From the NCBI RefSeq assembly GCF_006345805.1, contig NC_043000.1, positions 127,906,001 to 127,970,000 of the forward strand: a stretch of 64,000 nucleotides of DNA, written 5' to 3'. The notes beneath the pieces are model-generated. The model was not told the origin of the DNA. It ran no database searches and worked only from the letters and a program-made list of their open reading frames with translations. A program made the translations under genes and the position numbers. This stretch comes from Octopus sinensis. Lineage: Eukaryota. Positions 62,481-64,000 of this stretch are shown one piece after another. The stretch's first letter is position 1. Every line of letters starts with the position of its first letter.

Positions 62481-64000
62481 AGGAATCCTCATGGATTCCA
62501 GTCTTAAATACCTCTGTTATGGCCTGGAGGACAATGATGAATAGGAGGGGGTTGTGGACTGATCCTTGTAGCAACTGACTATGAGGCTATTGTACTAGTC
62601 ACTAGCAGTTACACCTTCCTCTTTGTGTGTGTGCACATGTGCATATATTATTGTCAGTTTGTGTTTATATGTACTGCAATCTGAGTGTACATGTGTATAG
62701 TTATATTTTTGTATGTATCTATTATGTGTACATATAGGTAGGAGGGGGTAAAAGTCAATGACATTTTGATGTTGACCATTGGTGAAGTCCTTTTGCCTGT
62801 CTCTTTAACTGATGATAAACCTACTATATATTGGATGACTTTTAATACCATCTGTCTATAGAAACCTCTGATTATTTTGGTGTCTTAGTTTGAACCATAA
62901 ATTAATTTAGATACTGTTGTATTTCGGGACAGTCATTTTTTTTTTTTTTTTGCCAAATAAATACACGCACTATATATTTTTTCTTCACTCATTTATTACT
63001 GTTCTTATTTTATTATTCTAACTCATGTCCATTGTCCGGAAATCTTTTGTCACACATCTGTGACCTCTTCAGCAACACTTTTTGTTTTTGTTTGTGTTCT
63101 TGCTCCACTTATTACATTAGATCTTCCTATTGTATATTTCTAAAATCTTCTGTCCTTGTTTAGTTAACTGCCTGTGTTAGACCCGCCTTCTAATTATTCA
63201 ATAAATTTAAAACTAGAACTTAAAAGTAACGCTAGCTTAACAAATGTTGGCTATGTCTATGCCAACTGTTTACAATCATACCAGTTTAAAATTTTGCCTG
63301 ATGATGGTGGACTATATATTATGATGTAATTTTTTACAACTACATCATCATCATCATTATTTAATGTCCACCTTCCATGCTAGCATGTACATTAAATAAA
63401 ATTCTTCCGAAACAGCTATCATAAATTTTAAATGCCACTCATGCTTACTATTTTATATATCTATGTGTGTGCCTTTGAGTTTGTCCTCCACCACTGCTTG
63501 ACAACTAGTGTTGGTTTGTTTACATCCCCAGTTGTTTGTCAAAAGGAGACCTACTGAATAAGCTCCAGACTTCAAAAAATAAGTTACTGGGTTCAATTTG
63601 TTCAATTAAGTTCTTCAAGGCAGTGCCCCAGCATGGCTGTAGTCGAATACCTGAAACAAGATAATCCATCAATATTACCATTAATTTTCTGCTTTTGGTC
63701 GACTCTGATATACAAGCATTCATTCAGTTTCCTGCAAGATGGTCAAAATTCAATATTCATAGCCAACTTCACTATATTCTCTTCAGTTTTTCTATAAATT
63801 AATCTTTCTTTAACAGCCTAACTGAGGGGACCATATTTTGTTGAGGAGGTCTAATAAGATATGTCCTCTGATTTTGGTAAGTAATTAAAAGGGATAAGAA
63901 TGAGAATGAATTGGGATAATTTTTTCTTTATTTCCTTCATACCTTCAGAAAATAGACCTCTTCTCATCTGATTGGTATAATAATTTTAAAATTATTACAC

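Overview
This is AT-rich eukaryotic DNA, very probably from an octopus (coleoid cephalopod), judged from the tRNA-derived SINE families, RTE LINEs with (CAT)n/(GAT)n tails and microsatellite style. It is mostly the 5' three-quarters of a minus-strand SCFD1/SLY1 gene: 16 GT-AG exons read by hand from 58872 down to 18969, 458 codons, all splice phases consistent. I could not find the exons for the last ~180 aa in the 19 kb downstream. The best novelty candidate is a 965-bp insertion at 4867-5831, flanked by a 12-bp direct repeat. It is built from a 365-bp monomer in head-to-head inverted arms of ~1.3 monomers each, and each arm carries a minimal type I hammerhead ribozyme. This looks like a Penelope-mobilised non-LTR retrozyme (candidate circRNA element). 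Other features: an intact 658-aa hAT/ZNF862-type transposase ORF antisense to SCFD1, with its own CpG-rich 5' region and a W>L change in the RW motif; a 4.7-kb 29-bp minisatellite with higher-order block structure seeded from one arm of a foldback-like inverted repeat; a HERO-like retroelement fragment fused in frame inside a Dong/R4-like element; and XBP1/CREB3-type sites in the SCFD1 promoter. Nearly all other ORF-track entries are repeat-derived or spurious. All assignments are by eye; no database searches were run.
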